From an uncultured delta proteobacterium (GTDB taxonomy: Bacteria; Desulfobacterota; Binatia; UBA9968), in contig CAWFJP010000004.1 of the NCBI GenBank assembly GCA_963816145.1, forward strand, positions 384,001-448,000: DNA of 64,000 nucleotides, read 5' to 3'. Below, one piece after another: positions 9,233 to 18,729 of the stretch. Each line of letters opens with the position of its first letter. The stretch's first letter is position 1. The notes under the pieces were generated by a model. The model made no database searches and was not told the origin of the DNA. It saw only the letters and a list, made by a program, of their open reading frames with translations. Made by a program: the position numbers and the translations under genes.

Positions 9233-9709
9233 ATGTCACAGCTTCTAGGCAAAGAATTACCCGCGGCTTTACAGCAGCGGCTTAGCGGCGGCGAGGTCGA
9301 AGACCATGAGGGCAAGATCATCCCGATCTTTACCATCGACGACGCAGGTTGGGCTCATCCAGCGCTGCTTTCGTACTACGAGATCGTTGCCAAGAACGCG
9401 TTTACTTTGGATATGGCGCTGTGGAAAGACAGCTCGACTTCGAACAACTTGCGCCATACCGGCAAGGTGACGCTGATGATCAGCGACAAGGGCGTCAATT
9501 ATTATCTCAAGGGCAGCGTCCGCGAATTGCATTACGAAATGGCTGGGGCGGCGGCGGTGTCGCGCTTCCGCGTCACCCTGGAGCAGGTTATCGAGGACCA
9601 AGAACCCAATGCTGAGATTACTACCGGGTTAACTTATCGGCGTATGACCAAGCGCGATCCCAACGATTTTGCAGCGAAGGTATTTCGCTTACTGCGCGAG
9701 GAGTCATGA
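9233..9709 (+). CDS. PNPOx-like split-barrel protein; candidate prFMN maturase/chaperone (PhdC-like)
   Basis: FTIDDAGWAHPALLSYYEIVA, ALWKDSSTSNNLRHTGKVTL; I recall this family beside ubiD/ubiX genes. The function is inferred from context. Confidence 0.65.
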   Translation: MSQLLGKELPAALQQRLSGGEVEDHEGKIIPIFTIDDAGWAHPALLSYYEIVAKNAFTLDMALWKDSSTSNNLRHTGKVTLMISDKGVNYYLKGSVRELHYEMAGAAAVSRFRVTLEQVIEDQEPNAEITTGLTYRRMTKRDPNDFAAKVFRLLREES

Positions 9710-11004
9710 AGTATAAGAAATCGACTATCGCCTTGGTTTTACTCTTGGCAGCCGGCGGTGCTGGTTACGCCTACTGGCAAATGGAGGGCGCGCCCAAAGA
9801 GCCGCCCTATTTGACCGCTCCGGTCAACAAAGCCAACATTCGCCAAGTGGTCGCGTCCACTGGCACCTTGCAAGCGGTGACTACGGTCCTGGTCGGCAGC
9901 CAGGTTTCGGGCACCATCGCCAAGCTTAATGTCGACTACAACAGCAAAGTTTCCAAAGGGCAGATCGTCGCCCAACTCGATCAGGCGCGCTTTGCCGCGC
10001 GCGTGGAAGAGACCCGCGCCAATGTGTTGGCCGCCCAAGCCAGCCTGGCGAAGGCGAAAGTCGCGCTAGAGGATGTCGAAAGAACTTTGAAACGGACCAA
10101 AGAACTCAAGCAGCGAGAACTGGTGTCCCAGAGCGAACTGGACGCGGCGCAGACTGCCTATGATTCGGCGCGTGCCCAGGTCAACGTGACTCAATCTCAA
10201 GTCGGCCAAGCTCAGGCGTCGATGAATCAGGCGCAGATCGATCTCGGCTACACGATCATTCGCTCCCCGGTGGATGGCATTGTGATCTCGCGCAGCGTCG
10301 ATGTCGGCCAGACCGTGGCGGCGTCGCTGTCCGCGCCCACACTATTCACCATCGCCAACGATCTGACCAAGATGGAAGTGCACACCAACGTCGACGAAGC
10401 TGATATCGGCAATATTTCCGAAGGCCAGGATGTTAGTTTCACCGTCGATGCCCATGCGCAGCGGCGCTTCCGCGGCAAGGTGCATCAGGTGCGCAACGCG
10501 CCACAAGTGATCCAAAACGTCGTGACCTACGACTCGGTAGTGCGTATCAACAATAAGGATCTCCTGCTCAAGCCCGGCATGACCGCTAACGTGCAGTTTC
10601 TGGTCGCGCAGAAAGAAGACGCCTTGTCGATTCCCAATATCGCCCTGCGATTCCGTCTGCCCGAGGAAAAGAATGAAGCCGAGGTGTTATTGACCAAGGC
10701 ACAGGGACAGACCGCGCCGCGAGTCGGTCAAAGACAAACCCGCCGCGTTGGCAACGCTGGGGGCGGTGGGGCCGAAGCACGCCGAGTGCGGCAAGTGAAA
10801 GTTTATACGCTAAAAGACGGCAAGGCTCAGGCGGTGGACGTAAAAGTCGGCATTACCGACGGCTCGCGGACCGAGATTGTCGCCGGTCTCAATGAAAACG
10901 ATCCGGTGATCATCGGCATGTCGAGCGGTGCCAGCGCGCAAGCCCAGAGCGGTGTGGTCAGTCCATTCCAACCTCAAGTGCCAGGCGGGTTCAGAGGACG
11001 ATGA
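9706..11004 (+). CDS. MacA-type periplasmic adaptor (membrane fusion protein)
   Basis: N-terminal TM anchor; VGSQVSGTI; IRSPVDGIVISRSVDVGQTVAASLSAPTLF; LKPGMTA. Confidence 0.9.
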   Translation: MKYKKSTIALVLLLAAGGAGYAYWQMEGAPKEPPYLTAPVNKANIRQVVASTGTLQAVTTVLVGSQVSGTIAKLNVDYNSKVSKGQIVAQLDQARFAARVEETRANVLAAQASLAKAKVALEDVERTLKRTKELKQRELVSQSELDAAQTAYDSARAQVNVTQSQVGQAQASMNQAQIDLGYTIIRSPVDGIVISRSVDVGQTVAASLSAPTLFTIANDLTKMEVHTNVDEADIGNISEGQDVSFTVDAHAQRRFRGKVHQVRNAPQVIQNVVTYDSVVRINNKDLLLKPGMTANVQFLVAQKEDALSIPNIALRFRLPEEKNEAEVLLTKAQGQTAPRVGQRQTRRVGNAGGGGAEARRVRQVKVYTLKDGKAQAVDVKVGITDGSRTEIVAGLNENDPVIIGMSSGASAQAQSGVVSPFQPQVPGGFRGR

Positions 11005-11714
11005 GCGAAGTCATTCGCGTCCAAGGTTTGCAAAAGGTCTACCGCATGGGCGATGTCGAAGTGCCCGCCCTGCGCGGCATTAATTTATCCATCGAGCACG
11101 GCGAATTCGTCGCGGTGATGGGCTCCTCAGGTTCGGGCAAATCAACTTTTATGAATATTCTCGGCTGCCTCGACCGTCCCACTATCGGCAATTACTGGCT
11201 GGAGGGTGAAGAAGTCAGCTCGCTCAGCGCCGACGATTGGGCGCATATCCGCAATAAGCGCATCGGCTTTGTTTTCCAAGGCTTCAATCTGCTGTCGCGC
11301 ACCACGGCGCTGGAGAACGTCGAGCTGCCGATGATGTACAACGGTTTTGCCGGTAACGAGCGTCATCGGCGGGCTGTGGAAGTTTTGAATTTGGTTGGTT
11401 TGGGCCAGCGTCAAGATCACACGCCCAATCGGCTTTCGGGCGGCCAGCAGCAGCGGGTCGCCATCGCCCGGGCGCTGGTGAATAAGCCGTCGTTGATTCT
11501 CGCCGACGAACCGACCGGAAACCTCGATTCCGCGACCAGCAACGAGATCATGGGCTTGTTCCAGCACTTGAACAGTGATCAAGGAATCACGATTATTCTA
11601 GTTACGCATGAGCCCGACATCGCCGAGCATGCCAAGCGGCAGATCGTTTTCCGCGATGGCGCGGTGATTTCCGACAAGCCGAATACCCAGGTGTTGGTCA
11701 AACTGGAGTCGTAA
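11001..11714 (+). CDS. MacB-type ABC transporter ATP-binding subunit
   Basis: [39 protein letters not shown]. Confidence 0.93.
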   Translation: MSEVIRVQGLQKVYRMGDVEVPALRGINLSIEHGEFVAVMGSSGSGKSTFMNILGCLDRPTIGNYWLEGEEVSSLSADDWAHIRNKRIGFVFQGFNLLSRTTALENVELPMMYNGFAGNERHRRAVEVLNLVGLGQRQDHTPNRLSGGQQQRVAIARALVNKPSLILADEPTGNLDSATSNEIMGLFQHLNSDQGITIILVTHEPDIAEHAKRQIVFRDGAVISDKPNTQVLVKLES

Positions 11715-12932
11715 ATGCGCTGGTTAATGACATTCAGAATCGCTCTGCGCGCCTTGGCGCGCAACAAACTGCGCGCCTTTCTTACCATGTTGGGCATCAT
11801 CATTGGCGTTGGCGCGGTGATCGCAATGGTCGCCATCGGCGAGGGAGCCAAGTCGACGATTCGCTCGCAGATCTCCGCTCTGGGCACCAATGTCTTGATC
11901 GTCTTGCCCGGCAGCAACGTTCAGGGCGGCGTGCGCGCCGGCACCGGCAACGTCAATACCCTGGTCGATTCCGATGCCCGCGCCATGACCCGCGAACTGC
12001 GTTCGGTCGCCTATGCTTCACCGGTGCTGCGCCGACAGGAACAACTCGTCGCCGGCAATCTCAACTGGGGTTCACTGACTCAGGGCGTGGCGCCGGAGTT
12101 CGAGCAGATCCGCGACTGGCAGATCGAGTCCGGGCGCTTTCTTCACGAAGGCGATATGGATTCCGCCGCCAAAGTTGCCGTCATCGGCCAGACGGTGGCG
12201 CGGCAATTATTCGCCAACGACGATCCCATCGATGCCGTTATCCGCATTCGCAATATTCCATTTCGCATCGTCGGCGTTTTAGTCGGCAAGGGTCAGACGG
12301 GCCAGGGCCAGGACCAAGACGACACCGTGATGATCCCCTACACGACCATGCAAAAACGGCTCATGCGCATCACCTTCGTGCAAAGCATCGTGGTGCGCGC
12401 CGTCAGCGCCGAGAAAGTTGCCGAGGCCCAGGAGCAGATCACGTTATTACTGCGCCAGCGCCACCGCATCGCCGAAGGTCGCGACGATGACTTCACGGTG
12501 CGCAATTTGTCGGACATCGCCGAAGCGGCGCAGAGCACGGCGCGGGTGATGGCGGTCCTGCTCGGCAGTGTCGCCGGGATCTCGCTGCTCGTCGGCGGCA
12601 TCGGCATTATGAACATTATGCTCGTGTCGGTCACCGAACGCACCCGCGAGATCGGCATCCGCATGGCCGTCGGCGCCCGCAGTAAGGACATCATGCTGCA
12701 ATTTCTCGTCGAGGCTGTTGTCATGGCCGCCACCGGCGGCATTATCGGCATCCTCTTGGGCATTGGTAGCTCCGAACTCCTAAAAACCTGGGCTCAATGG
12801 CCGACCCTGATCAACCCCGGCATCATCTTCATCGCCTTCGGCTTCTCCGCCGCCGTCGGCATCTTCTTCGGTTTTTATCCCGCTAGAAAAGCGGCGGGTT
12901 TAGATCCAATCGATGCGCTCAGATATGAGTAG
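11715..12932 (+). CDS. MacB/FtsX-type ABC permease
   Basis: LRAFLTMLGIIIGV, GGIGIMNIMLVSVTERTREIGIRMAVGA, YPARKAAGLDPIDALRYE. Confidence 0.93.
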   Translation: MRWLMTFRIALRALARNKLRAFLTMLGIIIGVGAVIAMVAIGEGAKSTIRSQISALGTNVLIVLPGSNVQGGVRAGTGNVNTLVDSDARAMTRELRSVAYASPVLRRQEQLVAGNLNWGSLTQGVAPEFEQIRDWQIESGRFLHEGDMDSAAKVAVIGQTVARQLFANDDPIDAVIRIRNIPFRIVGVLVGKGQTGQGQDQDDTVMIPYTTMQKRLMRITFVQSIVVRAVSAEKVAEAQEQITLLLRQRHRIAEGRDDDFTVRNLSDIAEAAQSTARVMAVLLGSVAGISLLVGGIGIMNIMLVSVTERTREIGIRMAVGARSKDIMLQFLVEAVVMAATGGIIGILLGIGSSELLKTWAQWPTLINPGIIFIAFGFSAAVGIFFGFYPARKAAGLDPIDALRYE

Positions 12933-13401
12933 CGATCACTTTCGGCGCAAAGGGCACTATCGACTTTTCTTCCCGCTGTTTGTTGCCACTACTGTCGCCG
13001 CGTAGAGCGAGAAATCGACGAAATTGGTTTGTGACGGTATCTGTTGCAGGCTGTCAAGCCAGCGGGAACTCATTCAAGCGTTTCACGCGCCGGCTAATCT
13101 CGAAAGGTCGATTGAGTTGAAACAACGGAGCTGTGCTCCTTGAACTGACTAATTCCGGACATTCGCCAGCGTCCCGGCGGTGAGCCTGCTGCGACCGCAG
13201 TATTCATCGTTCGGAAAACTATTCTCGGTCTAACAAATCCTCGATCGTGATGTTTAAGGTTTAGTGAATTGGTGAGTTTGGAGGAAGGCCGGTCAGGTTG
13301 ATCCGCCGAGCGGCAAAAAGACACGGCGGCTCCAAGTTATCCTCGATGCCGCCGCGATTAGATTCAGCTCGCTGAAAGCGTTGTGATTTTGCTTTGCGTC
13401 G

Positions 13402-13863
13402 CTATTGATGATCGTGGTTATCGTTACCCCGATGCTCCCGATCATCTCGATGTGCCGGCACATTCCGATGTTCCGGAACTTCCCGATGTTCGCCATACCG
13501 GTAGTCCCATCGATGTTCCGGGCGATTGTCGGTGTACTCACGCCGGTCGTCGATATAGTAGCGACCGAACACGCGCCTTGGATTCTGCGCGATCTCGTCT
13601 CGGACCGTCGGATGTTTTCGCAGGAAGTCTCTTACTTCGTCGTGTTTATCGAGATATTTGCGGTCGTAAACTAGCCGGGGATTTGCCTGCAAATCTGTGG
13701 AAACGCTAGGATGGTTCCGCATGAAGGCGTGGAATTGAGCCACTTCGTTAGTCATTTGCCGATAGTCAGCCCAGGCCGGGCTCACCAAGCCGAGCAGCGA
13801 TAGCGTCAGCACTAGCGCGCAGGCAGCCAGCGCGGCAAAGTTTTGGTTTTTGATAGTTTTCAT
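13402..13863 (-). CDS. Secreted hypothetical protein with two FxRxHP..D...NP repeats and a His/Arg-rich tail
   Basis: Signal peptide ending PAWA; repeats FMRNHPSVSTDLQANPRLV and FLRKHPTVRDEIAQNPRRV; C-terminal xxxEHR units. Confidence 0.65.
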   Translation of the reverse strand: MKTIKNQNFAALAACALVLTLSLLGLVSPAWADYRQMTNEVAQFHAFMRNHPSVSTDLQANPRLVYDRKYLDKHDEVRDFLRKHPTVRDEIAQNPRRVFGRYYIDDRREYTDNRPEHRWDYRYGEHREVPEHRNVPAHRDDREHRGNDNHDHQ

Positions 13864-14124
13864 ATGAGTTCCCCCTGCACCGTTAGACGCCGCAGATCGA
13901 ATTACGTTTAGCCATCTGAACTAACCGGACGGATTTTATCGAAGTCTAGGAGATTTATCGCTCTCCACCGAGTGCTGCGCTCATCTTAAAGTCAAAATCC
14001 ATCCGAAATGGTTAATTTGGCGCGCTCTGGCAGTCGACAAATTCGACTTCCCCTCGGCCGTGTTTATTGGGGGCTTTAGCTTGAAAATGGACGCTCTGAC
14101 GGCCGATATTTCGCCCGATTTGGC

Positions 14125-14505
14125 TTACTTGGAGACCGCAGTGATTGCGAGTGAATTACCAAAGCCAAAGTGAAGATCACGTGCCGCTAGCGAGAGCAGT
14201 TTCGCGGCTAATCCGCCAAACACGCGGAATATCAGCGCGTCAACCCATGTATAAAACACCACCAACTCCATCGAGATAGGCGCCGCCGCCGGATCAGGGA
14301 TGGATCTGGAGAGAGACAGCGCGGCGCCCAAAACGTTGGGCGTATAAAAAGGTCTGCCGTTATAGAGATCGACAACAAAAAACCTTATGGCGATTGTTGC
14401 CGCGCCAATCATACCGCCGACAACTCCTTCGACGTATACGCCCGAAAATTCTGATGTTTCAGAAACGCCGGTAGGTTTGCTCGTGGTGTGAGATTGAATG
14501 GCCAT
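14125..14505 (-). CDS. Hypothetical membrane protein, possibly truncated
   Basis: AAGGAG RBS; hydrophobic segments; GRPFYTPNVLG. Confidence 0.5.
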   Translation of the reverse strand: MAIQSHTTSKPTGVSETSEFSGVYVEGVVGGMIGAATIAIRFFVVDLYNGRPFYTPNVLGAALSLSRSIPDPAAAPISMELVVFYTWVDALIFRVFGGLAAKLLSLAARDLHFGFGNSLAITAVSK

Positions 14506-14713
14506 ACTTGCTCCTTAGTGGCCTGATAATTGGCCCCTGCACAACTCCGCAGCCGCCAATCCTCTACCTCGGAATACGCCAACACCTACTTTGCCGCTGT
14601 CAATATATAAATTTCATCAAATCGGGGTCTGTGCATAACCTGGTGGACTGACCTATCTAACCTGGCCGACTCCCCTTGAAACATGATGGCAATACTTCTA
14701 AAGGAAAACTTGT

Positions 14714-16075
14714 ATGACCCATGTTTTAGTGATCGCGAAAGACGCGGCTATCGCCAATTCGCTGGCGACTCGACTGCCCAACCAGGTGACGGCCGAGGCG
14801 GTGTCTTCACCAGACGAAGCGAAGGAGAGATTCCACTGTCAACACTTCGATTTGGTCATCTATGATGCCGAATCTCTGCCGTCGCATCGGGCAAAAACTT
14901 TACAGCTCTTAGCAAAGCGGGCTCATAAACACCTTGGGGTTAGAGTCATCGTCGTTGCAGACAACCAGCCACTCCACGCACCGGGTTTAGGCATGAAGGA
15001 ATTCGAATGGATCGAACGGCCGCTGGACGAAGCCCATATGTTGGCGATCGTCAGCGCCGGATTACCTGGAATGTCGCAATTGGAAACGTCGAAAGGTGAC
15101 CTATCCACTTTACTTCCGCCGACGGATTTTGAAGGCATCATGGCGATCAGCTTGCCGATGCGTATTGTCTTCCAGCAAGTGATTGAAACAGCGGCTGTGG
15201 ACGGTTCGGTACTCATCACCGGGGAAACCGGCACCGGCAAGGACATGGTGGCGGCGGCGATTCACAAACGCAGCAAGCGGCAGCACCGTCCCTACGTACC
15301 GGTGAACATGGGAGCGATCTCCCACGAGCTTATCGCTAGCGAACTTTTCGGCCATGAGAAAGGCGCGTTCACCGGCGCCGCCGATGCTCACCTGGGAGTC
15401 TTTGAGCAGGCCCAAGGGGGTAGTATTTTTCTCGACGAAATTACCAGTATGGATGAAAAAACCCAGGTCAGCCTGCTGAGAATCTTGGAAACCAAAACCA
15501 TGCGCAGGGTCGGTGGCACCAGGGATATCGATGTGGATGCGCGAGTGATCGCGGCGACCAACGAAAATATCGAGGAAACCGTAAAAGCGCGGCGCTTCCG
15601 GGAGGATCTATATTATCGTCTCGATGTTTTCCGTATCCATCTGCCGCCGTTGCGAGAACGTCCCGGCGACGTGACTTTTCTGACCAATCATTTCATCGCG
15701 CATTATGGCGCGATGTACCACAAGAGCATTCGGCGCGCTCCTGGGGAAATCTACCAGATCCTTAGGGCCTACCCTTGGCCAGGAAACGTCCGTGAGCTCA
15801 AGAACGTCATCCAGCGCGCGGTGGTCATGGCAAGAGGAGCCGAACTCATCCCCGAATTACTTCCGTCCAGAGTCAGAGACGCCAGCGGTTCCGGATCGGG
15901 GCCAACCAAGGCACAGCCACCGATTCATATCGGTATGAGCCTCGAAGATGTCGAGCGGGAGTTTATCACCATGACCCTCGACTCCGTGGTCGGCAACAAA
16001 GCAAAAGCTGCGGCGATTCTCAAGATTAGCCGCCATACCTTATACGACAAGCTAAAAAGATATGGCGTTCTTTAG
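14714..16075 (+). CDS. Sigma54-dependent enhancer-binding regulator (degenerate receiver, AAA+, Fis-type HTH)
   Basis: GETGTGKD, SELFGHEKGAFTGA, FLDEI, FREDLYYRL, WPGNVRELKN, C-terminal HTH ISRHTLYDKL. Confidence 0.92.
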   Translation: MTHVLVIAKDAAIANSLATRLPNQVTAEAVSSPDEAKERFHCQHFDLVIYDAESLPSHRAKTLQLLAKRAHKHLGVRVIVVADNQPLHAPGLGMKEFEWIERPLDEAHMLAIVSAGLPGMSQLETSKGDLSTLLPPTDFEGIMAISLPMRIVFQQVIETAAVDGSVLITGETGTGKDMVAAAIHKRSKRQHRPYVPVNMGAISHELIASELFGHEKGAFTGAADAHLGVFEQAQGGSIFLDEITSMDEKTQVSLLRILETKTMRRVGGTRDIDVDARVIAATNENIEETVKARRFREDLYYRLDVFRIHLPPLRERPGDVTFLTNHFIAHYGAMYHKSIRRAPGEIYQILRAYPWPGNVRELKNVIQRAVVMARGAELIPELLPSRVRDASGSGSGPTKAQPPIHIGMSLEDVEREFITMTLDSVVGNKAKAAAILKISRHTLYDKLKRYGVL

Positions 16076-16173
16076 AGCGCCGCTCAGTGTGCAATAACGG
16101 AACATCGGCTGCTTGATCCGCCCTGACAATTCCGGCTCTTAAGCGCCACTTGCCAACGAATCTCGGTTTCTCC

Positions 16174-16231
16174 GTGTAAAATTTTCACACCCATAAGCAA
16201 TTTCCAAAGCCCTGTGTGAATGATTCACACA
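16174..16231. promoter_or_regulatory. Two palindromic candidate enhancer (UAS) sites
   Basis: GTGTAAAATTTTCACAC (16174-16190) and TGTGTGAATGATTCACACA (16213-16231), centres 40 bp apart, upstream of a sigma54 promoter. Confidence 0.6.
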
Positions 16232-16303
16232 CCACGCTTTCTGTTCGCCTCCTGCCAATTGGCGACAACCGCTAAGTCGTTGTTTTCAAACGCTAGACTC
16301 GCC

Positions 16304-16318
16304 TGGCTGAGCAATTGC
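16304..16318 (+). promoter_or_regulatory. Sigma54 -24/-12 promoter
   Basis: TGGC-TGAGCAA-TTGC with exact GG-N10-GC spacing; IHF-like TAAGTCGTTGTTT at about 16273-16285. Confidence 0.65.
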
Positions 16319-16491
16319 ACTACCCTTTGACGAAAACTCGCGGATCGAATCGCACATTGTATCCAGCCAGGCAAACCCGAGGGCTTGGCTGGCTCGGCTG
16401 GGGGCTGCGTGATGGGATTCGTTCGCGATTGTGAAGCGCCTAAATGAGTCATTGAGTGAACTCCATTCCTGCTGGCAAAGGAGCAAGGCAA

Positions 16492-16842
16492 ATGAATCCT
16501 GCATTCGGTACTCACCTCCGACAAGAACTTTTATCGCGCCGAGATAGGATCGCATCGATCCTCGAGAACCTCGAATTCCGGGAGGTGGAAATGCGCTTCA
16601 GAACGCTAGGGCAAGCGGAGAAACTCGAACTCAACCGATTAGGCATGCTCGATTGCCTCGACGACTGGTACCGTAGAGAACTGATCGAGGTGGATAACGC
16701 TTTGGCGCGTATAGACAAAGGTGATTTTGGCATGTGCTTGGGTTGTGGCTCGCAGATTGATCCCAATTGGATCGTGGCGTTCCCAGAGGGAGAGTTTTGT
16801 CGCAACTGCGAAGACATGAAAAAGTGGATGGAGATTGGCTGA
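16492..16842 (+). CDS. TraR/DksA-like C4 zinc-finger protein
   Basis: EVDNALARIDKGDFGMCLGCG...CRNC; AAGGAG RBS before ATG 16492. Confidence 0.8.
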   Translation: MNPAFGTHLRQELLSRRDRIASILENLEFREVEMRFRTLGQAEKLELNRLGMLDCLDDWYRRELIEVDNALARIDKGDFGMCLGCGSQIDPNWIVAFPEGEFCRNCEDMKKWMEIG

Positions 16843-16876
16843 GCCGTCTGGCGTGGCCCGTTACCTGAGGTGATTT

Positions 16877-17356
16877 ATGGAATTGGTGCGTGAAAGTAGG
16901 GCCAATGGCAGTGCCGCGTCGACGACGAGCGGCCAAGTTATCGACGAGATCGCTTCCAATGCAAGAGCGAAACCGAACGAAATCAGGGAAATTGATTCCG
17001 ACCCAACTGGATGGCATATGCACCACCGACTCGATGACTATCAAGCAAATCTTTATCACCAGCCGGAGAAGATGTTGATGTTCGCCATTCTTGTGGACGC
17101 GATTTCTTGCTTTGACAAATTGTCCGATGCGGCGGAAATGGAGCGAAGTAGGAAATGGCTCGAGGCTAAGAATTGGCTCTGGAGTAACCGGCAAGACTGG
17201 CCGTTCTCGTATCGTAACGTTTGCGAGGCCTTAGGTTTCGACCCGGATTATTTGCGCCGCGGGCTGCTCGGCCGGATAAACATGGCCGGACCGGATAGTT
17301 GCGGCGGAGAAAGAAACGGTTTCAGGATTAAGAAAACTTATCATAGCGGCCACTAG
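16877..17356 (+). CDS. Conserved hypothetical protein
   Basis: GAGG RBS; PEKMLMFAILVDAI...WPFSYRNVCEALGFDPDYLRRGL; lies within an operon. Confidence 0.65.
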   Translation: MELVRESRANGSAASTTSGQVIDEIASNARAKPNEIREIDSDPTGWHMHHRLDDYQANLYHQPEKMLMFAILVDAISCFDKLSDAAEMERSRKWLEAKNWLWSNRQDWPFSYRNVCEALGFDPDYLRRGLLGRINMAGPDSCGGERNGFRIKKTYHSGH

Positions 17357-17365
17357 AGGTTTATT

Positions 17366-17770
17366 GTGAAACGCAAAACGCGAAAAATCTTGTTCGTCTG
17401 TTCAAGTGTCGGCGACGCTCTAGAGGCACAGCTGGATTGCGGCGGTTGGCACGCAATCTGGGCGCCCGACGCGAAGACCGCGATCGCCAGAGCGCGCAGG
17501 GAGCGCTTCGATCTCGCAGTGCTCATCTCCACCGGACAAGAAATGGACATCACGGAAACATTTTTCAATCTGCGCGACATCCGCCAGTCACTGCCCATCG
17601 CCGTCGTTCAGACCACCAGCGATCCTAACGATGCCCCGTCAAGTGCGGCGTATCTGCCGACGGATAACAACTTGATCGCAGTACAAGACTTGGATGACTT
17701 GGTGCGCTTGCTGCAACCGCATGACCGTTCAGTTGTAAGCCAGCCATCACGAGATCGTCCGCAACCCTAG
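17366..17770 (+). CDS. Hypothetical protein with a degenerate receiver (CheY-like) fold
   Basis: KILFV...AIARARRERFDLAVL...LPIAVV pattern; no phospho-acceptor Asp visible. Confidence 0.5.
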   Translation: MKRKTRKILFVCSSVGDALEAQLDCGGWHAIWAPDAKTAIARARRERFDLAVLISTGQEMDITETFFNLRDIRQSLPIAVVQTTSDPNDAPSSAAYLPTDNNLIAVQDLDDLVRLLQPHDRSVVSQPSRDRPQP

Positions 17771-17782
17771 GGAGGCGACGCC

Positions 17783-18139
17783 ATGAATGAAGAGAAGGAT
17801 CGCGTTGGCGATTTTTTCAGCCTAGTCGAACGCGCCCGTGAAGACGTTTACTTCGCGGAAAGGGACCGCAGACTGCTCGAGAAGCAGAAACTCCGCTTGG
17901 AGAAAGCGCACCAAGACCAATTGGAAGGTCACGCCAGGAACTGTCCGCAATGCGGTGTCGCGCTGCATCAATCGAGCTTGCTGGACTTTGCGGTGAGCCG
18001 ATGTTCTGGGTGCGGCGGCATATGGGTTGAGCGCGCTGAATTGCAGCGATTGATGAACATGAAAAAGATCGAGCCGGACGCCGCCTATTCATGGTCCAAG
18101 CACTCACTGAGATACCTATGGCCGGACGACCGACGCTAA
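17783..18139 (+). CDS. zf-TFIIB-like zinc-ribbon protein
   Basis: AREDVYFAERDR, CPQCG...CSGCGGIWVERAEL; GGAGG RBS. Confidence 0.75.
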   Translation: MNEEKDRVGDFFSLVERAREDVYFAERDRRLLEKQKLRLEKAHQDQLEGHARNCPQCGVALHQSSLLDFAVSRCSGCGGIWVERAELQRLMNMKKIEPDAAYSWSKHSLRYLWPDDRR

Positions 18140-18287
18140 GTCATAGAGTAAGCGGGTAGACGTTGCATCCTACAAGCATTCGATAAAATTTTCTCAACCG
18201 GAAGCGATTCAAAGTCAGGAGCTCTCGTCAAGCGCAAGATGATAAAATCAAAGAGTTAATCACACTGGCGAGCAAGGAGGAGCATCG

Positions 18288-18580
18288 ATGATTACTCAAA
18301 TGATTCTGGGGAAGGTGCCAGCCGATAAGTCCGCGGAAGCTGAACGGCCGTGGCGGGAAGACTGCGGCGCGCTATTGATCGAGCAGTCAGGCGGCAAGAG
18401 CGAGCGGTTCCTGCGGAGCCGAGAAAACCAGGGTGAATTCATTTCACTGAGCGCCTGGGATAACCAAGACGCCATCGATCGCTATCGCGCTAGCGACGCC
18501 CATCGGACCATCCAACAACACTCACGCGCGCTGACGAACGTCGCAAAAGTAGAGGGAAAACTTATGAGGTTGCCGGATAG
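18288..18580 (+). pseudogene. Antibiotic biosynthesis monooxygenase (ABM) family protein, frameshifted near the C-terminus
   Basis: EFISLSAWDNQDAIDRYRASDAH. The expected ending KTYEVAG* lies in another frame (TAG 18578-18580). Confidence 0.6.
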
Positions 18581-18729
18581 CCGGAAGCGCTCACGGCCGA
18601 AAATCGAGAGTAACAGAGAGAGACTTCCGTTGTCGTCATGTCGCGTAGCTAATTACGATGGTGTGCTCGGGAGTACAGGAGCGCGAGGTCATGGCTCCAA
18701 GAGGCTGGGCTCTATTTCAATCAGTTAGC

